A stretch of DNA of 63,393 nt, filler included, from Octopus bimaculoides (Eukaryota): NCBI RefSeq assembly GCF_001194135.2. It is 4 parts of 4 records of this genome, joined end to end, with 100 filler letters (N's around TTAATTAATTAA, not from the genome) between each part and the next. Parts side by side here need not be neighbours in the genome. Positions count along the whole stretch, not along the records: positions 13,118 to 42,847 come from NC_068987.1; 3 more parts are not named here. One strand, given 5' to 3'. The position numbers were made by a program, and so were the translations under genes. The number at the start of each line of letters is the position of its first letter. Position 1 is the stretch's first letter. The notes beneath the pieces are model-generated. The model had not been told where the DNA came from, did no database searches, and saw only the letters and a program-made list of their open reading frames with translations. Positions 13,119 to 25,329 of this stretch are shown here, piece after piece.

Positions 13119-13405
13119 AGCAGGAGAGGCAATATATGATGTTGGTAGACGTGCAGGTGAAGGAGTCGGTGATGCGATAGGGTCGGTGATGGGTGCTGGT
13201 GAGGAGGGTGGTGTTGGAGAGGTAAGGGCAAGTGCGGCAGCGTGGGCGGGAGCAGGGGAACGAGCCAGGTTGGGAGGTTGGGTTGGGGAAGAAGCTGTGG
13301 ACCAAGAGGTCCCGTAGGTTGTGGGCTCGTTTGAAGGAGGGGAGGGGTCGATTAGGGAAGATGTGGGAGGTGGAGGGGTCGGACTGGAGGCGCCGAAAAG
13401 CTCGG
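13119..13405 (-). mobile_element. Penelope-like element ORF fragment (RT thumb/linker, zinc knuckle, start of GIY-YIG)
   Basis: Open frame FRRLQSDPSTSHIFPNRPLPSFKRAHNLRDLLVHS...FPCSRPRCRTCPYL...SFTCTSTNIIYCLSC; 5'-truncated and runs into a gap. Confidence 0.9.
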
Positions 13406-13454
13406 AGATATATCTATGCATATATGTGCTCAAATGTAATTGAGATAAAGAAAA

Positions 13455-14140
13455 AAAACATTGATTAGAGCTCAAACATCAAATTCGAGTCAACGACTCT
13501 ATATAACACCACGCTTCCATGCAATTGATGATATATATAATATTACCTTGGCCTTTAACATATAAAGAATACATATATAAAAAACACAGGAGGTAAAATA
13601 TATATATGCAAATAAAAATACAGATGTATAGAACATATCACGAGGGTATATACAATCGACTAAGAATTCTAAAGCGTGTCATGCGACTAAAAATCTAAAT
13701 AAAATAAAATATCAATCCCCTCAAATAAAAATATCTCAAAAAAGTTCATCTCATAAAAACCAAGCTAATTTGGAATCCAGGAGCATAAGAGCGTTCCACA
13801 AAATCAAGTCAAATACATCTATGGCCATTTTGGGTGTTCACTGCCGCGGTTCAATATACGAGTTAAAGTGCATCTCGGCAATGGTACCCTCATCAACATG
13901 AAAAGCAATCTCAACAAATTGTTCGTTCACGTCGATTGTATATGCTTTCTTAATAGGTTATTCTATATATTTGTATTTTTATTTGCATATATATTTTTTA
14001 CCTTCTGTGTTTTTTTTATTTATGTATTCCTTATATGTTAAAGGCCATGGTAATATTTATATATGATCAAATGCATGGAAGCATAGTGTTACATAAAGTC
14101 GTTGAATCGAATTTGACGTTTGCTCTCTAATCAATGTTTT
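13455..14140. mobile_element. Foldback element (~205-bp inverted arms, ~270-bp spacer)
   Basis: 13455-13660 matches the reverse complement of 13931-14140 along its length (AAAACATTGATTAGAG...CTTCCATGCA...GGCCTTTAACATATAA...TATACAATCGAC). Confidence 0.85.
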
Positions 14141-14141
14141 A

Positions 14142-14188
<47 letters not shown>

Positions 14189-14492
14189 NNNNNNNNNNNN
14201 NNNNNNNNNNNNNNNNNNNNNNNNNNNNNNNNNNNNNNNNNNNNNNNNNNNNNNNNNNNNNNNNNNNNNNNNNNNNNNNNNNNNNNNNNNNNNNNNNNNN
14301 NNNNNNNNNNNNNNNNNNNNNNNNNNNNNNNNNNNNNNNNNNNNNNNNNNNNNNNNNNNNNNNNNNNNNNNNNNNNNNNNNNNNNNNNNNNNNNNNNNNN
14401 NNNNNNNNNNNNNNNNNNNNNNNNNNNNNNNNNNNNNNNNNNNNNNNNNNNNNNNNNNNNNNNNNNNNNNNNNNNNNNNNNNNNNNNNNNNN

Positions 14493-14525
<33 letters not shown>

Positions 14526-15750
14526 GTATGTATATATATGCTTGTGCGTGAATGTGTTCATGTGAGCGTATGTGTGTATGTGTGTGTGTGTGCGTGTATG
14601 TGTGTGCGTGAGTGTGTGTGTATGTGTGTGAATATATGCATTTGAACTTAAGTATATTTTTGTTCTCGAAGCATAGTTACCCTATTAGCAACTGTGCCGT
14701 CTATTTGCCTATGGAGTAGGTCCCACTAACCCTAAGATCCTGATCTACTTATACTATTATATGCTTGTATATATGTGTTATATATATTTTCCTGCTTCCT
14801 TTCCAAAAATAGAAAGTAGGTGGTTTTATCTATCTTCCATATTTAGGTGTTTTTTTTAAATGACCGTTTAAAAAAAATTCCTTTCTAATTGTTTCTGTTT
14901 CCATCTGCTTCTCTTTCTCTCTCTCTCTTTCGCTTTGCACTATTTTTCTCTTCTTTCTCCCTTTCTCTCTGTCCTCGCTTCTCTTTATATCTTTCTCTAT
15001 TTTAGGGTGTATTATTTCCCATTTTTCAAATACTTTTCATTTATATACCTTTACTATTTTATTCTTTTACTCTAGACTATTATAGTTTCCCTTTCTTTTT
15101 CTTTCCTGCTTTGCTTCCTTCGTTTCATTTTGTCATTCTATAATTTCAAACCCATGCTTTCTCTCTCTCTTTCTTCTCCTTTTATCTTCCCCCTGTTGTC
15201 TTATATTTCTCTATGCCATTTGCTTTCTGTCTATCTCAACACACTTATAAAAAAATCTTCTCATCTGTCAATTTTAGATATTAGATCTCTGTAACACCAT
15301 GCAATAATGCAGTGCCCTGATAATCCGTTGTGGTTAAGCATCCAATTGTATTTCGAACTTCTATTTCTGTCCTTCCATACAACCACAACAGTTAAACGTA
15401 AGTAGGGAACAAATAATGTACACTCATGTGTATCATAATTTCTCCTACATTTGCTATGTATATCCTAATCAGTGACACTACTAAGAATAGTGGTAACTAC
15501 ATCACTATTCTAGAAGCAGACTGGATTGTGAATATAAGGAGCTTTAAGCACAACAGTAGCAGTAATTTCCCTCTCAGATCCAGTGTAACCTGATTTCTCT
15601 ATTGATAAATAGCTTATTATTGTAGTCAGTTCTATGAAATTCTCAAACGTATTATCGTAGCAGTTCTAATTTGGATGGAAACTAGTCGATTGACAATTTA
15701 TCACATCACATAGCATACTTACTTTTGAACCTGATATGTAATAACCTCTT

Positions 15751-15785
<35 letters not shown>

Positions 15786-15919
15786 TCTTCTCTTCCCCCT
15801 CTCTCTCTGTTTCCCTTGCCTTTGGCACACAAACTCACATACATACACACATACATACGTGTGTGTGTGTGTGTGTGTGTTACTTCTGCTAGATATTAAT
15901 AAATACACACATACACACA

Positions 15920-16420
15920 TAAAAGTGAAGGGGGATTATAGTCTGGGGAGTTAGGAGGCCAGAAATTGTCTGACAATCATGACTAGGTTCTCCTGCTTGT
16001 GTGGCATGGTGCAGAGTCTTGTTGCCAGACGTAGGGTCTTCCAGCAGCCACCCTCTTGACACAAGGCAGCACTACCTCCTCCAGGCAGTTGATGTAGGCC
16101 TCTGTGTTGAGTGTGAGGCTGTGTGGGAAGATTAATAGACGCATAACGTCGCCATCATTAGTGATCACTCCAAACATCATGATGTTGACTGGATTTTGAT
16201 TTTTATCACTCTCGGTACGTGTCTTCAGATTGCACTGTCATCAGATTGATACCCAAACAGTGAAATGTTCGCATTAGAGCTTCCTGATTGAATGTCAAGC
16301 AGTACAGCATGTCGTTTCCAAATTTCTGACAGAATATATTGCGTCATGGTACTGTTTTTCTCACAGGCGGTGCCCAGTTGATGCACATGCGCGAAATAAC
16401 AAATATAAAATGGTGACAAT
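15920..16420 (-). mobile_element. Internally deleted Tc1/mariner (maT/DD37D-like) transposon
   Basis: N-terminus MTQYILSEIWKRHAVLL (16350-16290) fused to IMMFGVITNDG...YVWQQDSAPCHTSRRT and FWPPNSPDYNPL (16200-15926). Confidence 0.85.
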
Positions 16421-16689
16421 TTACCTATCACACACACACACACACACACACAAACACCGCCCCCCCCACACAAACACCGCCCCCCCACACATATATATGA
16501 ATTTGCAAACTTTCGAGAGAACATGAAGTCTTTTGAATTGGATCTTGAAGTGCAAATAAGGCTATAAATATTACCCTGTGAATATTTTATAGCAAAACAC
16601 TTCGGGATAGAAAAAGTTAGACTTCCCATGGGTCTTGTACTTACATCTCCTGTAGACATAGCAGGCCTTCTGCTATGTTACAGATGCGT

Positions 16690-16950
16690 AAGCAATCCAG
16701 CACTTGTTGACCAGAACTGAAGGGACGAAAACTAACATAAAGACATGCACACACACATACGTAAATATAGGCGCACATAAATACACACATGCACACAACA
16801 GACTGCAACACTCTTTCCCTCTACCAAATCCACTCACAAGGTATTTGTCGACCTAGGACGAGAGGAGAAAACATTCGGCTTATTGCTGCGCTGTGAGACT
16901 GAACCCAAGACCACGCCGTTGTTAAGCAAACTTCTTAACCACACAGCCAA
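16690..16950 (-). mobile_element. tRNA-SINE (degenerate), part of duplicated unit A
   Basis: CTACCAAATCCACTCACAAGG core and reverse-complement head GGCTGTGTGGTTAAGAAGTTTGCT; same family as 53544-53892. Confidence 0.7.
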
Positions 16951-17074
16951 AGAACAATTTCCGCATAGAATTGATCTCAAAGCTATACCTGTAGAGAAAA
17001 ATAATTATTCTATCGTTTCAACATTTTTGTCAAATACATTAAATATATTTTAAGGGTTTATTTGAAATACTCAC

Positions 17075-17218
17075 AGTTGCTTCAAATTGTGTAGATGTTG
17101 CACTGATTCAAACACTTGAGATGTTAAATTGTTTTTACTGAGCCAAAGAGTAGTTAAAGATGTAACATTTCTGAAGGTATCTTTTGGAATATGGCGAATG
17201 TGATTGTCGTTAAGATCT
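17075..17218 (-). CDS. Leucine-rich-repeat exon A (144 nt, 2 LRRs, phase 2-2) of an LRR protein gene
   Basis: Acceptor ttttctcataccttttacAG and donor GTGAGT. Reads DLNDNHIRHIPKDTFRNVTSLTTLWLSKNNLTSQVFESVQHLHNLKQ(L), i.e. two 24-aa LxxLxLxxN repeats. Confidence 0.9.
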
Positions 17219-17589
17219 CTGTAAAAGGTATGAGAAAATATAGCATTTAAATGTCCATCCGTTTTTATAATTATTTGAATAACAACGAAATGAGTCATTA
17301 TATAATAGTCTGCATGCTTTCTCTCCAGGCAAATAGCTTAAAAGCCCAGGAAAGGAAAATGATAATGATAATGCAAACAAGAAATGAATTGTAGATATAA
17401 ATGGTTGGCTGGAAATGAAAGTTTTCTTTTGTTTTCCTTCTTATACTTATCTAAACCAGCCCATATGTACTTGTGTGACTCGAACTTACATTTCCTACTA
17501 TTGTACAGAAGATATCCTTCGAATGTCCATTTTATGAAGTTTCTAAAATCGATTGAGGAATTCAAAGGATTGCTTACATATCATGGTAG

Positions 17590-18560
17590 AAATCCTGTTA
17601 TGTGTACAGTAGATGTGGATTATACTCGCACAGACGGTCTTTGACTATTTCTATCCAAGACAATTTTTCCAACTATATTCACCGGATAAGAAAAACATAA
17701 GTCCCATTCTTTTACGATTAATTTTAAACTGAATAAACTTCCAGTTCGCTGGATTATTTTGGTCAATGTTAAACTTGATAATTTTTTCGAGAATGTTATC
17801 AGAAGTCATTAATTAAGTGTACATGATGGCTAACTGACTGTTCGTAGTACATAGAATCATATGGGATATATTCAACCGATTATCGTGTTCTTGCTTGCAA
17901 TTCCGTAACTTTCAGCTAACAGTCAAATTTACATATAAATGGTTGCAATCAATTTAACCTCTTTTTCGCTTTCTGTAGTCTAGTATATACACAGCGGTTC
18001 CTCTCATTGGTACATTTCATTTAAACAATTCGTCATAGAAGACGCTTTTGTTGGAGTTCGGGCGAGAGGTCGATTGAACTGACTCTGTTATATCAGTTTC
18101 GATTATCTTATTCAGAACAACATATATTAAAGAGAAAGTGAAACTCGAAAGGGCAAGAGTGGATGCTGAAAAGCATTTTGTGCAGGTCGAGACCATATTG
18201 TCAACTGAATCTCTTACACAGTTTTCTTAACATTATGACAACATCTTTTTACGTTTGGTCAGTTTAGCCTTTCACGCTATCAGGATAGTTAAAACAATGT
18301 ACCAGTCAAGTAGTGAGGTTGATGGCATCTATAATCCCCTCCACTTAAAATTGCTAATCTTGTATCAAAATCAAAATCCATTATTTAAGTTGATTCCTCC
18401 AAAAATGAATAAAATCATCCAAACATTAGTTTGTCATTAGGCACAAAGTCAATCGTTATAGAGAGGATTTATTATAGATTCGACGGTAACCCATAGACCT
18501 ATAACTGTTGGCTATAGTATATTACCAGAATAAGAATTTACTACTATATAGCATTAGTAG
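17590..18560 (+). mobile_element. Very decayed PLE reverse-transcriptase remnant
   Basis: Scattered motifs across frameshifts: TVDVDYT..DGL, NSQIY..NG, FVIEDAFVG, RPITVGYS..KNL. Confidence 0.3.
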
Positions 18561-18566
18561 TGAATG

Positions 18567-18850
18567 CACATGGTCTAGGGGTTAGGGTGTTGAGCTTGCA
18601 ACCATTAATTCGCTAGTTCGGATCTCGGACCGGGTGATGTGTTGTGTAACTGCATAAGACACCTCATTTCTCATTGTTTCAGTATATCAGCATTCAACAG
18701 AAAATGTTACAGAGTCAGCCCCTTGCTGAGAGAGGGACGACTGCAGCGTATTGGCCTCTCATTCACAGGGGACACTTGTAACTTGTAGCCTAAATGTCTT
18801 GAAAACCCTATTAAGTTCCGGCTTTATGAGTTTGTAGGCTCAAGGTAGGC
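18567..18850 (+). mobile_element. tRNA-SINE, degenerate
   Basis: Head ATGGTCTAGGGGTTAGGGTGTTGAGCTTGC...GTTCGGATCTCGGACCGGG. Confidence 0.5.
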
Positions 18851-19184
18851 ATATTTATTATTGCTGTTCGTTTCATCAGCTCCGAAGACATAAAAGGTAA
18901 GGTCAACGCCGCTGGTGTTTGAGTACAGAACGTTGATGAATATAATTGGTAATGAATCTAATACTCCGAACTCCACTTACCATAATAATGAGGAGGATGA
19001 AGAGAGAGAGAGGGGGGAGATAAAAGAGACAGAGACAGAAAGAAAAAGATAGGGAGGGAGTGAGAGAGAGAAAGGGAGAAATTGCATTGTTGTTTGGTTG
19101 TGAGTAAATGCACTAGGAAGACACAATATGTGTGATGCATAAAAGCTGGGAGATAGAGTGAGTGAGCGAGTGAGTGAGTGAGTG

Positions 19185-19246
<62 letters not shown>

Positions 19247-19319
19247 AGAGAGCAGATGATGGTATGAAAGGCTCATATTTTAAAGTCTGGTACTTATTCG
19301 TTGATCTTGAGGCAAAACC

Positions 19320-19860
19320 GCTGTTTCAGCGTTAGCAATCCAGCACCTGTTGGCCAGCGGTGGGGGGACGAAAACAAACACAAAGATGCGCAGACACGAA
19401 TACGTAAATTTCTTTTCGCCCTTTTAAAGCCTAGCCAGACTCATGGGCCCGGTTTCCCGGTTTCAATGGCGTATGTGTTCCCCAGCTGGACGGGACGCCA
19501 GTCCATCGTAGCCTTACTCATTTTTGCCACCTGTGTGGACTGGAGCAACGTGAAATGAAGTATTTTGCTCGAGAACACAACGTATCGCCCGGTCCAGGAA
19601 TCGAAATCACAATCTTACGATTCTGGTGCTGACATCCTAACCACTAAGCCCTGCGCCTCCACATACGTAAATATAGGCGCTCGTAAATACAAATATGCAC
19701 ACAACAGACTGCAACACTCTTTACCTCTACCAAATCCACTCACAAGGTATTTGTCAACCTTGGACGAGAGGAGAAAAAACACCCGCTCTATTGCTGCGCT
19801 GTGAGACTGAACCCAAGACCACGTCGTTGTGAAGCAAACTTCTTAACTATACAGCCAAAG
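19320..19860 (-). mobile_element. tRNA-SINE of duplicated unit B, interrupted by a younger SINE
   Basis: Colinear with 16690-16950 once 19410-19662 is removed. Confidence 0.7.
19410..19662 (-). mobile_element. Full-length tRNA-SINE with 10-bp TSD
   Basis: TSD ATACGTAAAT at 19400-19409 and 19663-19672. Head GTGGAGGCGCAGGGCTTAGTGGTTAGG, body GATGGACTGGCGTCCCGTCCAG...GAAACCGGG, tail GGCTAGGCTTTAAAAGGG. Confidence 0.9.
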
Positions 19861-19982
19861 AACAATTTCCACATAGAATTGACCACAAAGCCATGCCTGT
19901 AGAGAAAAATGATTATTCTATCGTCCCACAGTTTTTGACAAATGCATTAAATATATTTTAAGAGTTTATTTGAAATACTCAC

Positions 19983-20126
19983 AGTTGGTCCAGATTGCTT
20001 AGATGTTGCACTGATTCAAACACTTGCGATGTTAGATTGTTTTTACTAAGCCAAAGGGTAGTTAAAGATGTAACATTTCTGAAGGTATCTTTTGGAATAT
20101 GGCGAATGTGATTGTCGTTAAGATCT
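19983..20126 (-). CDS. Leucine-rich-repeat exon B (144 nt, 2 LRRs, phase 2-2), paralog of exon A
   Basis: Same splice sites as exon A; reads DLNDNHIRHIPKDTFRNVTSLTTLWLSKNNLTSQVFESVQHLSNLDQ(L). Confidence 0.9.
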
Positions 20127-20938
20127 CTGTAAAAGGTATGAGAAAATATAGCATTTAAATGTTTCATCCGTTTTTATAATTATTTGAACAACAACGAGGC
20201 GAGTCATTATAGAATTGATTGCATGCATTCTATCTAGGCAAATAGCTTAAAACCCAGGAAAGGAAAATGATAATATTGTAAACAAAAAAACAATGAATTG
20301 TAGATATAAATGGTTGGAAATGAAGGGGTTTTTTTTGCTTCCAATCTTATATTTATCTAAACCAGCACATATGTACTTGTTAATTAAGGTGGAAATATGT
20401 TGTCCATTGGTTTCCAAGTTGTGTTGTCATAAGAAATACAATGAAAGAAGCAGTGATTTAGTGTTCAAAATATCTTCTTCCCTTTTGCTTAGGAAACGTG
20501 ACTATTACACAAGTTATTAATGGAGACATAAAGTCATAGAATACCGGATAAGATTGTTGACTTCGTTTTGTACTCGGCCACACATATATAAAAAAAGGAA
20601 ATTGAAATACGTCGTTTCTAGCTTTCCGCAGGGCGTTTGAGATTACTTGTAAGTAGAAGTGTGATATTTCAAGCTTACTATTTGCAAACTACATACTGAA
20701 AATAAACAATGTAAATTGTAATTACAAGCAATGGAAGAAGCGGGGTGGGGGAGCATGAGGTTCTTTTATTCTATTTCTCATTTATTGTTTGATCTGTTTC
20801 AAGCTTTGAATTGCTGGAGCACCATGCTGGGGCACAATTTAGCGGCTTTAGTTTGAAAAAGTCAACTCCAGTACTTCTTTTTAAGTATAATATTGATACT
20901 ATCTGACACTTTTTGTCGAACCGCTATGTTATATATAT

Positions 20939-21355
20939 AAGCAAAGTAGCTAGTTAGAAAATCTTGATAAGGGTTGAAGGTAGTAACTATACTGAGAAGT
21001 AATGTTTATTGCCACATCAATATGTTCGACATTACTACCGAGTTAACCCACAGGCAGATCCTGCGCCAGCTGGGTACTGGTGCAACTTACACCCTGTATA
21101 TAGTGCAAGTAGGGGAGCAAACCCCTACCATCCTCTAAGAAACTACGGGATCACTAAACCTAACGGATTCGGGCTATGTGTGCCCGTTTCCAGTCGTGAA
21201 CACCCAACCTCTAGAAATAGCAGGAATTCGCTCCAGCTCGCGAGACATAGAAAACTAAGCGATTATCAGTCACTGATCTTGCAACAAGCAAATTAGCTAG
21301 TTAGAAAATCTTAATAAGAGATGAAAGTGGTAACTATACTGAGAAGTAATGTTTA
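20939..21355. repeat. 70-bp direct repeats flanking a ~277-bp unique insert
   Basis: 20939-21008 vs 21286-21355, 6 mismatches by hand count. Confidence 0.85.
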
Positions 21356-23267
21356 AATGTTTAATGTTTAATTCCTGAGGTTAAAACGGTAGTGACGTCG
21401 AACAGCGATATCGATGTGGCGATAAACATTACTTTGAGGGATATTAGTTCGAGTTCTATGGCTGGTTGTTGACAAATTTTTCCGCTTTTTCAGAGTAATT
21501 TACCCAGTATTTCAGCTGTTTTAACGGCAATTTTGCATTCCCAAAAATATAGTTTAATTTGTATTATTCAATATATATANNNNNNNNNNNNNNNNNNNNN
21601 NNNNNNNNNNNNNNNNNNNNNNNNNNNNNNNNNNNNNNNNNNNNNNNNNNNNNNNNNNNNNNNNNNNNNNNNNNNNNNNNNNNNNNNNNNNNNNNNNNNN
21701 NNTATATATACGACAAGCTTCCACACAGTTTCTACCTGTCGAATCACTCGGCCTATGGGTATGCTAAAAGGCACTTGACCTAGGTGCCGTGTAGGAGATT
21801 GAACCTGAAACCACGTAATTGTGAAACGAACTTCTTAACTACAATATGATATTTGCGCCTTTTTTGCCCATGCAAGCCATACTTATGAAGAATATGCTTG
21901 TATATTCTCAATCAGAGAAATTGGTACAAAGCTTAAAAATTAAATAATTAAAGGCACATTGAGTAGAGATTATTGACTAAAGTTGTGTACATTTATAATT
22001 AATGCATTCAAGTATAACATGCAAACGTGAGAAGTCCTTCATTGGAGTAACTGCTCCAAAAGAGAATTTCATACATACAATGTACTTCAAAAAATACCTA
22101 GTTTGTAATTAGAATGTAGGATTATTATGAAGCAGTAAGTATGTATGTGGATTTAGGAATTGCAGTAAGGTCTGTTAAATTAATCCAAGATGGATAATAA
22201 TAAACAAATTCAGAGACAAATTGCAATAGGCCACAAGGAAATTTGATAAAGCAAACTGGTAAGACATTTCAATTGTCAAAACATATATATTTAAATGTTC
22301 ATCAAAATGTAAAATAGTGGTTAAAGAAAAAACTGAAATACAGTATTACTATATTTCTGGTTACTTCTATTCAAAGGTTGGTAGAACGCAAAGCATAGCG
22401 TCAAGGATTCTGGCTTGAAATTTGTTCAACTTGAAAACTTCAGATTGAAATCAAAATTGTTCTCATGTCAAGGTCCCAGGTCGCTCGTACAAAATGCTCC
22501 TTTCTAGGGACTTAGCGAACCAGAACTTCCCATTTTATAACTGACGAAGAGACACCAGGCTAGTCCATCACGTTAAAGATGTGGGCGATCCAAGTAAAAC
22601 TAAATGGACTCGACTATCACGTAGTGTACCAAAATGTGTAGTTAAAAGTAAAAAGCTACGATGTGGGCTGCTAAAGTTCACGAGTGCTCTTACTGTCGCC
22701 ACAATCGGCTTCAAAATATCAGTAGAGCGTTCTAACAGGTCACAAAGAATTCTTATAGGTTAACCCAAAGAATTTTGATACTAAATTTTATTTCAAGATA
22801 GCCCATTGAAAATCCACTAATAATCTATGAACTAATCAAAACGAATTATGCACGCAGCATTTTACTAGTGCATTAAGTAACATCAGCAAAATATAGAATA
22901 CGTCCTCACACAAAGACTTTTAACAAAGCTAAATGCATTTTCGTTTGTGAACGTTCACAAATCGAGACTGAATGACACAGATGATAATTATAACGTGTGT
23001 AATACAGCAAAAATAAAAATAATAAAGCACCTGAAATATGATAGCCTATTTTATTTGCGGTAAAACAAATCCATACTGGTCATCAATCCTATTGGGGGAA
23101 AACTATGAACACTTGGTCTTCTGTGTGCTTTCTCTGTTAATCAGGTAAATGTAACAAGCATGTTATTTACACAGTGCACATATTCCAGTAAGTCAACTAT
23201 AGTGGGGAAAATTCAGTTTCATGTTTGGTGTAGCTAGCAATCTAAAATTTATGAGATATTTACAAAA

Positions 23268-23268
<1 letters not shown>

Positions 23269-23298
<30 letters not shown>

Positions 23299-23376
23299 CT
23301 TCTTCTTCTTCTTCTTCTTCTTCTTCTTCTTCTTCTTCTTCTTCTTCTTCTTCTTCTTCTTCTTCTTCTTCTTCTT
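23269..23376. repeat. (CTT)n microsatellite
   Basis: About 36 perfect units. Confidence 0.98.
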
Positions 23377-23880
23377 CGTCGTCGTCGTCATCAACATGTT
23401 CTTCACTGATTTGGTTAAGTGAGCATATACAGCTCTTTTCATTGCATAATACGCAAAAAAACGCCATTTTTCTTTCATTCTGATTTTTAACCTAGAATAA
23501 ATATATGCTGTTTAGATAGCACACCTGTACTGTAGTTTAGAACCAAACTTGGTTTGATAAGTCTTCCGTCGTCATCACCACCACCATCACCACCATCCTT
23601 CTTCTTATCCTCTTCGTCGTTGTGGTCACCACCACCAGCAGCAGCAACAACAACGACGACGACAACAACAGCAACAACACCAATACAGCCACTACTATCA
23701 CCACCACCCTTCTTCTTATCTTCATCATCGTCGTCACCATTATCATTATAACCACCATCACGACCATCACCTTCTGTATCATCATCGTCAGCAGTAGCAG
23801 CAGCACAACGATCAACATCATCACCTTCACCACCACCACCATCACCATCAACCATCACCACAACGGTAATATCTCGGAAC

Positions 23881-24205
23881 GCCCAGCCAGTCAGTGGTTT
23901 ATTATGAATATAAATCTTACCTTAGTCTCATATACACCCTTTGGAGAAACTAGGTAGTGGTGACTTTCTAATGTTCGTTCGAATACGAGGGCGTCAATGC
24001 CCAGCCAGTCAGTCGTTTATTATAAGTATAAATCTTACCTTAGTCTTATATAAACCTTTTAAAAATGCTGTTAGTGGCGATTATCTGATGTTTGGTCGAA
24101 TAGGAGGACACCAACGCCTTGTCAGTCAGTGGTTTATTATAAGTATAGCTCGTAACTTAGTCTTATGCACATTATTTAAAAAAGCAGTTGTGGCGACTTT
24201 CTGTA
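23881..24205. repeat. ~118-bp minisatellite, ~2.7 copies
   Basis: GCCCAGCCAGTCAGTGGTTTATTAT..ATAAATCTTACCTTAGTC recurs at 23881, 24000 and ~24118. Confidence 0.85.
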
Positions 24206-25329
24206 TGGAAGTCATGGGCACAAGCGCGGGTAAAAGTGACCGCGAGTGTTGATTCCAGATGTTGTGGCAAATGTGATAGTATTTCATTTTAATCTTTTCC
24301 TATTTGTGAGCTTAGGTGACTATATCTGTTTACGGAAAGTCACTTTTGTTTTCTCATATTTATTGGTTATAGCTCAATAAGGAAAACGTTTGTTTCTTTC
24401 CATGAGGCAAACTGATTGAAAAGTAAGACAAAAACTGTAAGTTGTCATGTTAATGATTTAAAAAGTTTAGTCTTAAAAATTAACTTGTATTAATGAAATA
24501 CTGAAGTGAAATATTAAAATGAAATATTTATGTCCCACTTCAGAAGTTTATATCTTTATACAGAATACTTATCAACCAAAGGAACTGCTGGGCATGCGCG
24601 AATAGAATAGCTTTTGGTGTGAATCAAAACCGAACCACAGATAGTTGGTTGGAAGCCTAAACGTTAGTTAACAGCACTCAACCCGCTAGTAAGAATGAGA
24701 TATTGGCCCCCTTTGGTCTATGAAACACAGCCTCTCAAGATAGCGACAGCTGACATTTCGATGATAGAATGAATTGTCTTAACCAAGTATAGAAGAATCA
24801 CAATTTTAATTTAATATAAAACAATATTTCATTTAATATAACTTTATTCCTTAATATGAATGTAATGAGATTATATTATAGGAGATTGAATATCGAAACT
24901 GAATAACTACATAGCGTGTGAATTACTTGATAAAGTCGTACTTTGTTTGAAATTAATATAATCTTTAAAACTGATATCTTAATTAGATTTTCATATTGCA
25001 TATGTAGCGAAAATCAACGTTTAAATGGTTGCACACGAAAAGAGACAATTTAGCGAATAAAATTAAACGATATAAAATATCAGAATGAAATAACAATGCG
25101 CTGCATTGAAATAACCATAGCTATTTAATGTCATTTAAAGTTTAGTCAGACAAGAAAGATTGGGCCTTCACATTCCCCGGTTTCTCTGAAACTAGTGGTT
25201 TAATTTAGATGATGCATAATCGTTGTTTAGCTACAAAGAAATTCTGATCAAGGAAATCCTGATCAAATGCATTACAGCTATTCATCCCGTCTTACTGGGA
25301 GTATCTACGCCTACACTATTTGCTGTTAT

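Noticed and set aside
16645-16649. AG-GAGAT-GTAAGT 5-nt microexon candidate downstream of LRR exon A
   Set aside because: Weak polypyrimidine tract and it would shift the frame.
22096-22185. Minus-strand DLTAIPKST / TYLLLHNN resembling an LRR N-cap exon
   Set aside because: Needs a frameshift, is followed by a stop, and has no cysteine cap; plausible by chance in AT-rich DNA.
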